Below, piece after piece: positions 1-9,038 of a DNA stretch of 64,000 nt. The notes beneath the pieces are model-generated. The model did no database searches. It saw only the letters and a program-made list of their open reading frames with translations, and was not told the DNA's origin. Origin of the DNA: a virus; IMG/VR virus record IMGVR_UViG_3300042868_004707, positions 1 to 64,000 of that record; one strand, written 5' to 3'. The translations under genes were made by a program, and so were the position numbers. Numbering within the stretch: the first letter of the stretch is position 1; every line of letters starts with the position of its first letter.

Positions 1-771
1 ACAAGAGATGCTACAGATGAATTTGGTGTAATTACTAGAGTGTTTACAGATATATTACAAGATGCATACAAAGATTCAGGATTTAAAATTAAATATGAAG
101 CTGTAGTAACTAAGTTTATAGGAAGTGATGCAGAGATATACTATAATGAAATAAGACAGGTTAGAAGTAAAAACCTAACTGTTGTAAACACTATGGAGAT
201 ATCTATTGCAGAGAAGATTGTAGAACAACTTAGAATCAATAGCACTACAGCACCTATTGTAAATCTTACAAATAGCTCTAGATATCAAATTATCGATCAA
301 ATGCAAGTGGAAGGATATGATGTAGATGGACATTTGTTTAAATCTATGCTTGATAAAGTGATAATTGACCATAAGGAGAAAGTGGTTATGCCATACGATC
401 TTAAATGCACATGGAGTGTAGAAAACTTCTATGAAGAGTATTACTTGTATAGAAGAGCATACATCCAAGCATATTTATATTATTATGCAATGTTGCATAT
501 AGTAAGTGATCCAGAAAGTGAATGCTATGGATATAGAGTGGAATACTTGAAGTTTATTGTATGTGATAGCACAAACTATTACAGACCATTAATTTACACT
601 CTTGACATGGATGATATGATGGATGCATACAAAGGATTTGTACACAAAGGAAGAACTTATCCAGGAGTGGGAGAGTTGATAGCAGCATTGAAATGGTGTA
701 GAGAAACAAACACATGGGATATAAGCCACAAAAATTATTTGTCTAATGGAGTAGTAAATATTAAAGGATAG
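1..771 (+). CDS. PD-(D/E)XK family nuclease (5'-truncated by window edge)
   Basis: Frame open from base 1; motif KSMLDKVIID...PYDLKCT followed by Y..QAYLY, typical of phage PD-(D/E)XK exonucleases. Confidence 0.75.
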   Translation, partial: TRDATDEFGVITRVFTDILQDAYKDSGFKIKYEAVVTKFIGSDAEIYYNEIRQVRSKNLTVVNTMEISIAEKIVEQLRINSTTAPIVNLTNSSRYQIIDQMQVEGYDVDGHLFKSMLDKVIIDHKEKVVMPYDLKCTWSVENFYEEYYLYRRAYIQAYLYYYAMLHIVSDPESECYGYRVEYLKFIVCDSTNYYRPLIYTLDMDDMMDAYKGFVHKGRTYPGVGELIAALKWCRETNTWDISHKNYLSNGVVNIKG

Positions 772-774
772 AAT

Positions 775-1341
775 ATGGAGATTAAAAAGAATATAACTAG
801 CATATTTATGGTGCCCACTCTCAAGGTGCCTAAAGATGCTCTTAGAGGAAATGGTTTTATTAATGCATATATAAAAGATGCAAGAAAAGAAGACCAGTAT
901 AAAGGATGTGTTTATTTATTATTTAAACCTGAAAACTTAGATAAGTTCAGAGAGTTCTTAGATAGTGAATATGAAAGAACAAAAGCAGTAATTGAAGATT
1001 ATGATTATGAAGATGGATATGTAGTGGTTGTTTATCAACTTGATGATAAATATAAAAATGATTTCACTTTAGTTCAAGGTGGTAAATATTCCAAGACATC
1101 TGCAAACTTTCAGAAATTATTTCCAAAGGTGGTTAAAATTACTAGAAATGGATTAAGTAAAGATGAAATATCATTACAATATAGAATCTTTAATAAAGCT
1201 GAAGACTTAATCAGTTTCTGGGAAACTAAACTAGGTATTGAATTTGAAGATGATTATGAAGTGTGGGATGGTTGGGATGAATCAAAAGAAATTTTAGAAC
1301 TTGATAAAATAAAAGAATTATGTGTAACAGAGAAATCTTAG
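775..1341 (+). CDS. hypothetical phage protein
   Basis: 188-aa ORF packed in operon; no recognised motif. Confidence 0.8.
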   Translation: MEIKKNITSIFMVPTLKVPKDALRGNGFINAYIKDARKEDQYKGCVYLLFKPENLDKFREFLDSEYERTKAVIEDYDYEDGYVVVVYQLDDKYKNDFTLVQGGKYSKTSANFQKLFPKVVKITRNGLSKDEISLQYRIFNKAEDLISFWETKLGIEFEDDYEVWDGWDESKEILELDKIKELCVTEKS

Positions 1342-1520
1342 AAATTATTGTAGAAGAAGTGGGTTTAGAAAAAGCTACTGAATTCTGTAACTTAGTAAGT
1401 CTAATGTATGACATTAGATATAATGCCTGTAAAGACCTTGAACCACTCAATGAACTTGATTTTGAAAGAGATTGGTGGAAGATGGCAGAAATAGAATTAA
1501 AAGAAAATTTAAAAAAATAA
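1320..1520 (+). CDS. hypothetical protein
   Basis: 66-aa ORF overlapping upstream gene, same strand. Confidence 0.65.
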   Translation: MCNREILEIIVEEVGLEKATEFCNLVSLMYDIRYNACKDLEPLNELDFERDWWKMAEIELKENLKK

Positions 1521-1521
1521 T

Positions 1522-1914
1522 ATGGAAACACTAAAATTATTAGAAAAATACCCTCTATCTACAGAAGTGGTTAGAGAATGGTTCATTAACAAAATGGTAG
1601 AGTCTGTAAAAGGAGATGATACAGTTCCTGAAGACTTCAAAAATTACATGTTAGAACAAGGAATTCCAAATGACAAACTTTGTATATTTATAGATTCAAG
1701 TCCTCGTAGTTTATTTGATGCGTTTGATGAGAATAATGTTATTATAATAATCAAATATCATGACAACTTTGGATTTACTTGGGCTGTAGAAGAAGCAGAT
1801 GACCAATCTTTTTATAAAACAAGAAAAGAATCAGAAATATTTGCTATAGAAGCAGCATTTGAAATATTAGAACAACAATTAACCCATAAAGAAAACACTG
1901 ATGAGAACGAGTAA
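1522..1914 (+). CDS. hypothetical protein
   Basis: 130-aa ORF, tight packing. Confidence 0.75.
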   Translation: METLKLLEKYPLSTEVVREWFINKMVESVKGDDTVPEDFKNYMLEQGIPNDKLCIFIDSSPRSLFDAFDENNVIIIIKYHDNFGFTWAVEEADDQSFYKTRKESEIFAIEAAFEILEQQLTHKENTDENE

Positions 1915-2239
1915 TGAATTTAATAATAAGTACAAAGAATACATAGAAGAAGATCATTATGGAATGGCTATCAATGATCCTTCTGTAATTGCTTATGTAG
2001 ATCAAATATTCAATGATCTTACACAGATTCCTGGATTCAAATATCAACAAATTAAAACTAAATTTGGTTTGGCCAGAGTGTACACAAACCTTGATGACCT
2101 TATGCCATTTGTTGGTAGAATAATTAATCAAGAGCTTGAAGAGAAAATTAACTTCATTCTTAAAGTAGAGTTTGAAGTGGAGAATAGATTAAAAAGTTTA
2201 AATTTAGATAAAGATGGAAAAACTATTCAACCAGTTTAA
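1901..2239 (+). CDS. hypothetical phage protein
   Basis: 112-aa ORF with QIKTKFGLARVY motif, seen in small phage proteins. Confidence 0.7.
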   Translation: MRTSNEFNNKYKEYIEEDHYGMAINDPSVIAYVDQIFNDLTQIPGFKYQQIKTKFGLARVYTNLDDLMPFVGRIINQELEEKINFILKVEFEVENRLKSLNLDKDGKTIQPV

Positions 2240-2474
2240 AAACATGTTAGTTGTATATCCAAAATATAAAGGGTATGTTTGTGGATATAATGATGCACAT
2301 TTTATTATTGCTGTTGAAACAAAAGATGATAAGAACTTCTTTAGAAAAATGGAAAATCCATACATCATGGATGAGTATAAAGATGTTAAATACAGATACA
2401 CCTTTGCAGATGAATCACAGCTAATAAAACAATCTAACAATGACAAATATAAGAAAGCTATCAATAAAGACTAA
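2214..2474 (+). CDS. hypothetical protein
   Basis: 86-aa ORF, overlaps neighbours. Confidence 0.65.
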   Translation: MEKLFNQFKNMLVVYPKYKGYVCGYNDAHFIIAVETKDDKNFFRKMENPYIMDEYKDVKYRYTFADESQLIKQSNNDKYKKAINKD

Positions 2475-2619
2475 GTTACTAATATATGAATACAAAGAAA
2501 AGTATCCAGCAGTAACAGCTGAACACATCTCAGATTTGTTTGATCTTCAATTAGCAGCTGTAGTAAAATTATTCAGAGAAGGAGAAATAACTGTTCCTTC
2601 TAGGATTAATGAAAAATAA
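2440..2619 (+). CDS. small protein, possible HTH (not in ORF track)
   Basis: Read manually: MTNIRKLSIKTKLLIYEYKEKYPAVTAEHISDLFDLQLAAVVKLFREGEITVPSRINEK*. Confidence 0.6.
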   Translation: MTNIRKLSIKTKLLIYEYKEKYPAVTAEHISDLFDLQLAAVVKLFREGEITVPSRINEK

Positions 2620-2650
2620 GTTGTAGATTGCGATATGAAATTTACAAGTT

Positions 2651-2815
2651 ATGGCAAAGAAAGATTTTATACAACATGTAGATTACTATCTAGAAGAAGG
2701 TAGAATCATATTCACAGAAAAATACTTAAAGCAAAAAGGATTTTGCTGTGGTGGGCAATGTAGACATTGTCCTTATACAGAAAGATCAAAAAATAATACT
2801 GAGTTAAAAAAATAA
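2651..2815 (+). CDS. DUF5522-like small Cys-rich protein (not in ORF track)
   Basis: Read manually: MAKKDFIQHVDYYLEEGRIIFTEKYLKQKGFCCGGQCRHCPY...; the DYY.E.G..FTE...G.CC..CRHCPY pattern. Confidence 0.75.
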   Translation: MAKKDFIQHVDYYLEEGRIIFTEKYLKQKGFCCGGQCRHCPYTERSKNNTELKK

Positions 2816-2841
2816 TTTCTGTTCTGTTTTTAATTGTTGAG

Positions 2842-2870
2842 AAGGCCCTGAAGAAATTCGGGGCTTTTTT
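2842..2870 (+). terminator. intrinsic terminator
   Basis: GGCCCTGAA-GAAA-TTCGGGGCT hairpin followed by T-run. Confidence 0.85.
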
Positions 2871-2906
2871 ATCCTCAATAGGTTAGGAAATAAGCAGAAA
2901 AATCGT

Positions 2907-2914
2907 TATCTTTA
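2907..2914 (+). promoter_or_regulatory. Bacteroidota-type -7 box variant upstream of recA
   Basis: TATCTTTA (consensus TAnnTTTG) between terminator and recA ATG. Confidence 0.45.
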
Positions 2915-2935
2915 AACATTAAAAACAATTAAATA

Positions 2936-4015
2936 ATGGCAAAAACAGTAAAAGCAAAAGAAACTAATAGTAAGTTTCAAGAAGCAATGGACAAATTGAA
3001 CAAGACTTATGGTGTTGGTTCAATATTAGCATTAGACTCTAAAACAGGAGGAGATTATGATGTAATCAGTACAGGTAGTATTGGTTTTGATCACATCACT
3101 CTTGGTGTAGGAGGATTTGTAAAAGGTAAACTTTATGAATTGATGGGCTGGGAAGGCACAGGTAAATCTACAATCTGTGGACATGCTGCAGCAGAATGTC
3201 AAAAAGCAGGAGGTACTGTATTGTATATCGATGGTGAGCATGCTGTTGATAAGAATTATTTTAAACAGTTAGGAGTGGATACAACTAAGATGTTGATTTC
3301 TCAACCATCATGTGGTGAGGAAGGATTTAACATTGCTATGGAAATGATTAACACTGGAGAGATTGATCTTGTAATAATAGATAGTGATTCATCATTGATT
3401 CCTAAGAAGATGTTAGATGGTGATGTAGGTGATTCTACAATAGGTAGAAAAGCTTTATTGAACAGTAATGCCTATCCAAAACTTAAGGGTGCTCTATCAC
3501 AACACAATACATGTGTCATCGTAATATCCCAATATAGAGAGAAGATTGGTGTTATGTTTGGTAATCCTACAACAACTCAGGGTGGTCATGCTCTTAAATT
3601 CTATGCAGATGTTCGTATAGAAGTGTCTAGAACTCTTGCAAAAGATGGTGATGTAAACTATGGTAATATTACTAAGTTAAAAGCTATCAAGAACAAGATG
3701 TCTCCACCATATAGAAAATCAGAGTTTGAAATAGTGTATGGAGTGGGTATAGACAAACTTGATGAGATGATGAGTCTTCTTAATGAGTTTGAATTAGGAC
3801 GTAAGTATGGTAAGACAATGACTGTTGATGGTGTTAAATATGATTTAGAAGAATTCAAACAATTAGTTATTGACAATCCAGAATTCTATGATGAATTAAA
3901 AGAGAAGATTGTAGCTAAGATTAATGAAACTGATCTTCCTGTAGAGGAAATAGAAGTAGAAGAAGATGTTGTTCCACAAGTTTCAACACCAACTAATTTA
4001 TTTGATGAAATATGA
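2936..4015 (+). CDS. recA: RecA recombinase
   Basis: ISTGSIGFD, Walker A GWEGTGKST, IDGEHAVD, SQP, QYREKIGVMFGNPTTTQGGHALKFYADVR, KNKMSPP. Confidence 0.97.
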   Translation: MAKTVKAKETNSKFQEAMDKLNKTYGVGSILALDSKTGGDYDVISTGSIGFDHITLGVGGFVKGKLYELMGWEGTGKSTICGHAAAECQKAGGTVLYIDGEHAVDKNYFKQLGVDTTKMLISQPSCGEEGFNIAMEMINTGEIDLVIIDSDSSLIPKKMLDGDVGDSTIGRKALLNSNAYPKLKGALSQHNTCVIVISQYREKIGVMFGNPTTTQGGHALKFYADVRIEVSRTLAKDGDVNYGNITKLKAIKNKMSPPYRKSEFEIVYGVGIDKLDEMMSLLNEFELGRKYGKTMTVDGVKYDLEEFKQLVIDNPEFYDELKEKIVAKINETDLPVEEIEVEEDVVPQVSTPTNLFDEI

Positions 4016-4692
4016 TAATAGGTATAAACGGTAAGATAGGTTCTGGAAAGGACACTATTGGTGATATTATTCAGAAGATATGTATTACAAATGATGGACC
4101 AGAATTTGAAGTGAAGAAGTTTGCAGGGAAGCTAAAACAAATAGCTTCTCTGTTAACTGGTATTCCTGTAAAGAAATTTGAAGATCAAGAATTTAAAAAA
4201 TCTTTATTAGGAGATGAATGGGGAACAGTGAAAGAAAATCCTTTAAACTCTATTCCTGTATTTGAAGATGTTCAGTTTAATCATCTAATGAGCGTAAGAG
4301 AACTTCTTCAAAAGCTTGGTACAGAAGCAATGCGTGATGGATTACATGAGAATGTATGGGTGAATGCTTTGTTTGCTGATTATAAAGCAAAATGGGTTCC
4401 TACAGGAGATGCTATTGAAGAAGATGAAGTTTCTCTTGAGAAAGAATATCCTAATTGGATTATTACAGACATGAGATTTCCTAATGAATTAGAAGCTATT
4501 GAGTTAAGAGAAGGCATCACTATTAGAGTGGTTAGACCAGATATGCATTCTTTACAAGCAATGGTTCCAACTCATGCAAGTGAAACAGCTCTTGATGATG
4601 CTGAGTTTGATTATGAAATCATCAATGACGCTGGAATACCAGAATTAATTGAAAAAGTTCGTGAAATACTTGTTATTGAAAAAATTATATAA
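4012..4692 (+). CDS. deoxynucleoside monophosphate kinase
   Basis: P-loop GKIGSGKDT, RELLQKLGTEAMR, ITDMRFPNE, HASETALD. Confidence 0.9.
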   Translation: MIIGINGKIGSGKDTIGDIIQKICITNDGPEFEVKKFAGKLKQIASLLTGIPVKKFEDQEFKKSLLGDEWGTVKENPLNSIPVFEDVQFNHLMSVRELLQKLGTEAMRDGLHENVWVNALFADYKAKWVPTGDAIEEDEVSLEKEYPNWIITDMRFPNELEAIELREGITIRVVRPDMHSLQAMVPTHASETALDDAEFDYEIINDAGIPELIEKVREILVIEKII

Positions 4693-4700
4693 TACCTTTG
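4693..4700 (+). promoter_or_regulatory. Bacteroidota -7 promoter box
   Basis: TACCTTTG matches TAnnTTTG, 21 nt before the HNH gene ATG. Confidence 0.6.
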
Positions 4701-4721
4701 TTTTAAATAAAACAAAAAACA

Positions 4722-5327
4722 ATGGACTATTTAAAAGGTAACAGTAATGCATGGATAGATATTTCTAACAAGAAGTATGGAAGGTTAACTGTTTTAGGCT
4801 ATGTTGGAAATGGTAAATGGGAATGCGTATGTGAATGTGGTAATAAAAAAGTTTTAAAAACTGGAAAAATTACCACTTTACATACAAAATCTTGTGGATG
4901 TCTTTCTAAAACTAATGCATTAAAACATGGTGGAATAGGCTCAAGAGAATATAATATTTGGGCAAACATGAAAGCAAGGTGTAATAATATTAATAATACA
5001 TCATACAAAAACTATGGTGGTAGAGGTATTACTATATGTGATGAGTGGAATAATTCTTTTGAAAAATTTATAGGAGATATGGGACCTTGTCCAAAAAATT
5101 ACTCTATAGATAGAATAAATAATGAATTAGGATATTCTAAAGATAACTGTAAATGGTCTTCTAATAAAGAGCAATCATTAAATAGAAGAAGTAATTTTAT
5201 AATTACACACAATGGTATAACTAAGCCATTAAAAGAAATGTGTGAAATTTTTAAAAAAGATTATAAAAAAACTTTTGCAAGATTGTCTACATTAGGATGG
5301 TCAGTAGAAAAAGCTTTCAATCAATGA
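4722..5327 (+). CDS. free-standing HNH-type homing endonuclease
   Basis: YGRLTV..WECVCECG, KSCGC, MKARC, YGGRGITICDEW, SIDRINNELGYSKDNCKW. Confidence 0.85.
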   Translation: MDYLKGNSNAWIDISNKKYGRLTVLGYVGNGKWECVCECGNKKVLKTGKITTLHTKSCGCLSKTNALKHGGIGSREYNIWANMKARCNNINNTSYKNYGGRGITICDEWNNSFEKFIGDMGPCPKNYSIDRINNELGYSKDNCKWSSNKEQSLNRRSNFIITHNGITKPLKEMCEIFKKDYKKTFARLSTLGWSVEKAFNQ

Positions 5328-5391
5328 TGGAACTATAGAAGATCTCATAGAAAAAGTAAAAGAAATATTAATTAAAGAACAAATAATTTAA
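5320..5391 (+). pseudogene. orphan duplicate 3' end of the dNMP kinase gene
   Basis: Reads INDGTIEDLIEKVKEILIKEQII*, colinear with kinase C-terminus INDAGIPELIEKVREILVIEKII* (4621-4692); both 24 codons. Confidence 0.85.
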
Positions 5392-5420
5392 TATTTATAG
5401 GAATGTAACATGGAATTTGT

Positions 5421-5428
5421 TATATTTG
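5421..5428 (+). promoter_or_regulatory. Bacteroidota -7 promoter box
   Basis: TATATTTG upstream of the LAGLIDADG gene. Confidence 0.6.
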
Positions 5429-5446
5429 TAATCTAAAATATAGATT

Positions 5447-6052
5447 ATGAAAGAACAGATTTTATTAGGAACATTATTAGGAGATGCTTCAATATCAAAA
5501 CTTATTGATAGAAGAAAAACTTATTCTATAAGATGGGAACATTGTTTAGAGCAAGAAGAATATGCATTATGGAAAGCAGATAATAGTTTAGATAATTATT
5601 CTATTTATAAAAGAGATAGATTAGATAGTAGAACAGGTAATATATATAAATCTATTACCTGTTACTCTACTAAAGATGATTATAAATACTATAGAAATTT
5701 ATTTTATAAAGAATCTAAAGAAGTAAATCAAGAAATACTTAATATGTTGCAACCTTTAGGTATAGCTGTTTGGTTTATGGATGATGGTAATTTATACTAT
5801 AATGGTAACAGTTGTCATTTGACATTGTCTGTCAATGGTTTTGATGATAATTCTATAAATAGAATAATAGAATATTTTAAGAACACTTATAATATTTATT
5901 TTAAGAAAAGTGGTAGAGCAATTAGAATAACATCAGTTAAACAAGTTTTATTATTTGAATCATACTTTAAACAATATTATCATTATTCAATGATGTATAA
6001 AACATTAATTTATAATAAAGAAAAACATGCAAGAAATAAAAAAGAAAGGTAG
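5447..6052 (+). CDS. free-standing LAGLIDADG homing endonuclease
   Basis: Two motifs: QILLGTLLGDASI and IAVWFMDDG. Confidence 0.9.
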   Translation: MKEQILLGTLLGDASISKLIDRRKTYSIRWEHCLEQEEYALWKADNSLDNYSIYKRDRLDSRTGNIYKSITCYSTKDDYKYYRNLFYKESKEVNQEILNMLQPLGIAVWFMDDGNLYYNGNSCHLTLSVNGFDDNSINRIIEYFKNTYNIYFKKSGRAIRITSVKQVLLFESYFKQYYHYSMMYKTLIYNKEKHARNKKER

Positions 6053-6815
6053 AACAATGGTCTGTGGAGACATTCATGGATCCAATAAAGCTCTTCTCCA
6101 AGTGTTAGAAAAAAGTGGGTTTGACAAAGAGTCAGACCTGCTTATTTCTTTAGGAGATGTAGCTGATGGATGGAATGAAGTTCCTGAATGTGTAGACACA
6201 TTGTTGTCTATAAAGAATCTGATTGCTATACGTGGTAATCATGATGTTTGGTGTTATGATTGGTTTGAAATGGGTGCTACACCACTTATTTGGACACAAC
6301 AAGGTGGCCAAGCTACACTTGATGCATATGTACGTGCAGGTAAAATGACTGAATACTCTCATAAAGCATTCTGGAAAAATCAAGTTGACTGGTATATAGA
6401 TGATGAGAATAGATTGTTTATACATGCTGGATGGGATTATACATTAACACCTATTGAACTTAGTGTTGGAAATGTTTCTGATAGAACAATGTTTGAGTTA
6501 CAAGCAAATGCATCTGTTAATGCAGGAAGCATTGCTAAAGAATGTCATTGGGACAGAAGTGTGTTATCAGGAGCTCGTTCAGCTTTTGGTGATAAGAATA
6601 GACCAGGTAAGTTTAAAGCTCTTGAACAGTTCAAAGAGATCTATATAGGCCATACAGCAATGAATGGAGAACCAAGACAATTTGGAAACCTATGGAACTT
6701 AGATACAGGTGCTGGATGGAATGGTCAGTTAACTATTATGGATATAGATAGTAAAGAATTCTGGCAAAGTGATAACGTTAAGGAGTTACATCCTGACCAA
6801 TTAGGAAGATTCTAA
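6027..6815 (+). CDS. calcineurin-like metallophosphoesterase (Ser/Thr phosphatase family)
   Basis: GDIHG, LGDVADG, RGNHD, HAG, GHT, LDTGAG. Confidence 0.92.
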   Translation: MQEIKKKGRTMVCGDIHGSNKALLQVLEKSGFDKESDLLISLGDVADGWNEVPECVDTLLSIKNLIAIRGNHDVWCYDWFEMGATPLIWTQQGGQATLDAYVRAGKMTEYSHKAFWKNQVDWYIDDENRLFIHAGWDYTLTPIELSVGNVSDRTMFELQANASVNAGSIAKECHWDRSVLSGARSAFGDKNRPGKFKALEQFKEIYIGHTAMNGEPRQFGNLWNLDTGAGWNGQLTIMDIDSKEFWQSDNVKELHPDQLGRF

Positions 6816-7018
6816 TGAGCAATAGTTTAGATCTTAATAAAGAATTATTAATTTTATATATTAATTCAGGTTTAAATCAAATTGAATTTACAAAAAAAAC
6901 TAAACAAAGTTATAGTAGTATAAATCATTGGTTAAACAATCATCAAATCATAAGCTATAATAAATTCTTTGAGATTTGTAATAATTTAAATTTAAAAATA
7001 ACAATTAAAATAGAATAG
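6815..7018 (+). CDS. XRE-like HTH protein
   Basis: GLNQIEFTKKTKQSYSSINHWLN pattern. Confidence 0.6.
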   Translation: MSNSLDLNKELLILYINSGLNQIEFTKKTKQSYSSINHWLNNHQIISYNKFFEICNNLNLKITIKIE

Positions 7019-7023
7019 AAAAT

Positions 7024-7269
7024 ATGGAAAAACTAAAATTATTTATAACAGGATTTGTACAAGTATTCTTTGTAGCAATTAATACATATTTTCTTAGTAG
7101 GATATTCTATTTAGGTGTATTTTTGTGTGCTTTTATGATATCATTAGTATGGAGTTGGAATGTGAAGAAGGTTGCTTTTGGAACAACCTCAGACAGACTT
7201 ATATACGCATTAGGTGCTGCTTTTGGTAGCATTGTAGGATTATTAATATCAACATTAATTTTAAAATAA
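7024..7269 (+). CDS. small membrane protein
   Basis: 81 aa with about three hydrophobic segments. Confidence 0.75.
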   Translation: MEKLKLFITGFVQVFFVAINTYFLSRIFYLGVFLCAFMISLVWSWNVKKVAFGTTSDRLIYALGAAFGSIVGLLISTLILK

Positions 7270-7274
7270 AAAAA

Positions 7275-7667
7275 ATGAGACATTACGGTGAATTAGAAGC
7301 TCTTGTTATAGCATGGGCAGCACAGAAAGGTATTCTAGAGAATGGAACACCAAGAGCACAAGCTGGTAAAACAGAAGAAGAAGTGCAAGAACTTATTGAT
7401 GCAATCGATACAGATAATAGAGTAGAAGTGATTGATGCTCTAGGAGATATTCTAGTAACCATCATCATCCAAGCAGAAATGCAAGGACTGAAGCTTACAG
7501 AATGTTTAGAGAGTGCGTACAATGTAATCTCTAAGCGTACAGGGGTCATGAAAGATGGACAATTTCACAAGGATGATGCAAAAGAAATGATTCCTCCTAT
7601 TTCTGGAGGAGTAAGAACTGTTACTGATCATATTGATTTTGTTATCAAAAATCAATCACACACATAA
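7275..7667 (+). CDS. MazG-like nucleotide pyrophosphohydrolase
   Basis: KTEEEVQEL...DALGDILVT...CLESAYNVISKRTG. Confidence 0.85.
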   Translation: MRHYGELEALVIAWAAQKGILENGTPRAQAGKTEEEVQELIDAIDTDNRVEVIDALGDILVTIIIQAEMQGLKLTECLESAYNVISKRTGVMKDGQFHKDDAKEMIPPISGGVRTVTDHIDFVIKNQSHT

Positions 7668-8080
7668 TGAAATGTAAAGTATGTGGAAAGAACGCAGACA
7701 GTGAATATTGTTTTGCTCATAAATCTAGAAAGCCCTTGCCATCATCTGGTAAGGGCTTAAATACTAGAATGTCTAGTATTTCATACAATAAGGCTAAAAA
7801 TGTCCATAATAACGGACACATCATGCAAAGAGAGATGTTTCTTGCTATATGGAAGAAGAGACCACATAGATGTGAGAATTGCGATGCATACTTAGGAAGT
7901 GAACCATTATCATATATGTTTGATCATGTTTTAGAGAAATCTAAATATCCAGATCTTAGATATGAAGAAGAAAACATATGTATGTTATGTTTAGATTGCC
8001 ATAGTGATAAAACTAACTGTAACTTAAGTGATTTTATGAAAGAAAAAATAAAAAAAGTCAAAGAAATATTTGGAAAATAA
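7667..8080 (+). CDS. HNH endonuclease
   Basis: CENC...DHVLEKSKYP...NICMLCLDCH. Confidence 0.8.
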   Translation: MKCKVCGKNADSEYCFAHKSRKPLPSSGKGLNTRMSSISYNKAKNVHNNGHIMQREMFLAIWKKRPHRCENCDAYLGSEPLSYMFDHVLEKSKYPDLRYEEENICMLCLDCHSDKTNCNLSDFMKEKIKKVKEIFGK

Positions 8081-8092
8081 TATTATACTTCT

Positions 8093-8100
8093 TACCTTTG
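8093..8100 (+). promoter_or_regulatory. Bacteroidota -7 promoter box
   Basis: TACCTTTG 4 nt before ATG 8105. Confidence 0.55.
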
Positions 8101-8104
8101 TCAT

Positions 8105-9038
8105 ATGAATGAGAAATACTATTTATACAGACATATAAGACTTGATAAGAATGAACCATTTTATATTGGAATTGGTACTAAAACTAATGCTGATATAAAA
8201 TATGGTACATATACTAGAGCTAACATCAAGAGTAAAAAAAATAATGTTTGGGTAAAAATAACTAATAAAACTAGTTATATAGTTGAGATTCTTATTGAAT
8301 CAGATGATTATGATTTTATTAAAAAAAAAAGAAATAGAGTTTGTTAAACTTTATGGGAGAATAGATTTAAAAACAGGAACATTAACTAATATGACTGATG
8401 GAGGAGAAGGTGCTACAAATGTTATTGTATCAGAACATTCCAGACAACTCAGAAGAGGATTTCAAACTGGAAAAAAGAAAACTCAAGAAAGTATAGATAA
8501 AAGATTAGCTACATTAAAGAAAAATGGATTTAAACTTTCTGATGATTCTAAAAGAAAAATCAGTTTAACTAAATCTAAATCTGTATTACAATATTCATTA
8601 GAAGGAATTTTAATTAAACAATGGAATACTGTAATAGAAGCATCTGAAGAATTAGGCATTCCAAAAACATCTATTACTCAATGTGCAAATTACAATGAAA
8701 GAAAAACCTTCACTGGATTTAATTATATTTGGTTATATCTAGAAGATTTTAATTCTAATAAACTAGATAAATTTAATATAGCTCTAACTAGAGTTCAAGA
8801 AGGTAAAATTAAATCTTTTATAACTATAAATAAAAAGTTAGAAATTATAGAAGATTATAAAAAAATATATAATACCTTTGTTAAAAAGGAGGACAAGTTG
8901 AAGTACTTAGAATTAAAACATAACATAAACTATAGTACAATACGAGCTATAGTTTCTAATGTTGAGAACGACATGTACAGATATGAAGAGGTAAATAAAA
9001 GACGTAATTATTTACTAACCAAATATGAAAGAACCTAA
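8105..9038 (+). pseudogene. GIY-YIG/NUMOD homing endonuclease, frameshifted at an A10 run
   Basis: N-terminal part YLYRHIR...FYIGIG; C-terminal part LTNMTDGGEG and VLQYSLEG...EASEELGI; removing one A from 8321-8330 joins the two ORFs. Confidence 0.8.

Noticed and set aside
4693-6052. Group I intron or intein around the HNH and LAGLIDADG genes
   Set aside because: Flanking genes are complete, intergenic space is too short for a ribozyme core, and there are no intein terminal motifs.
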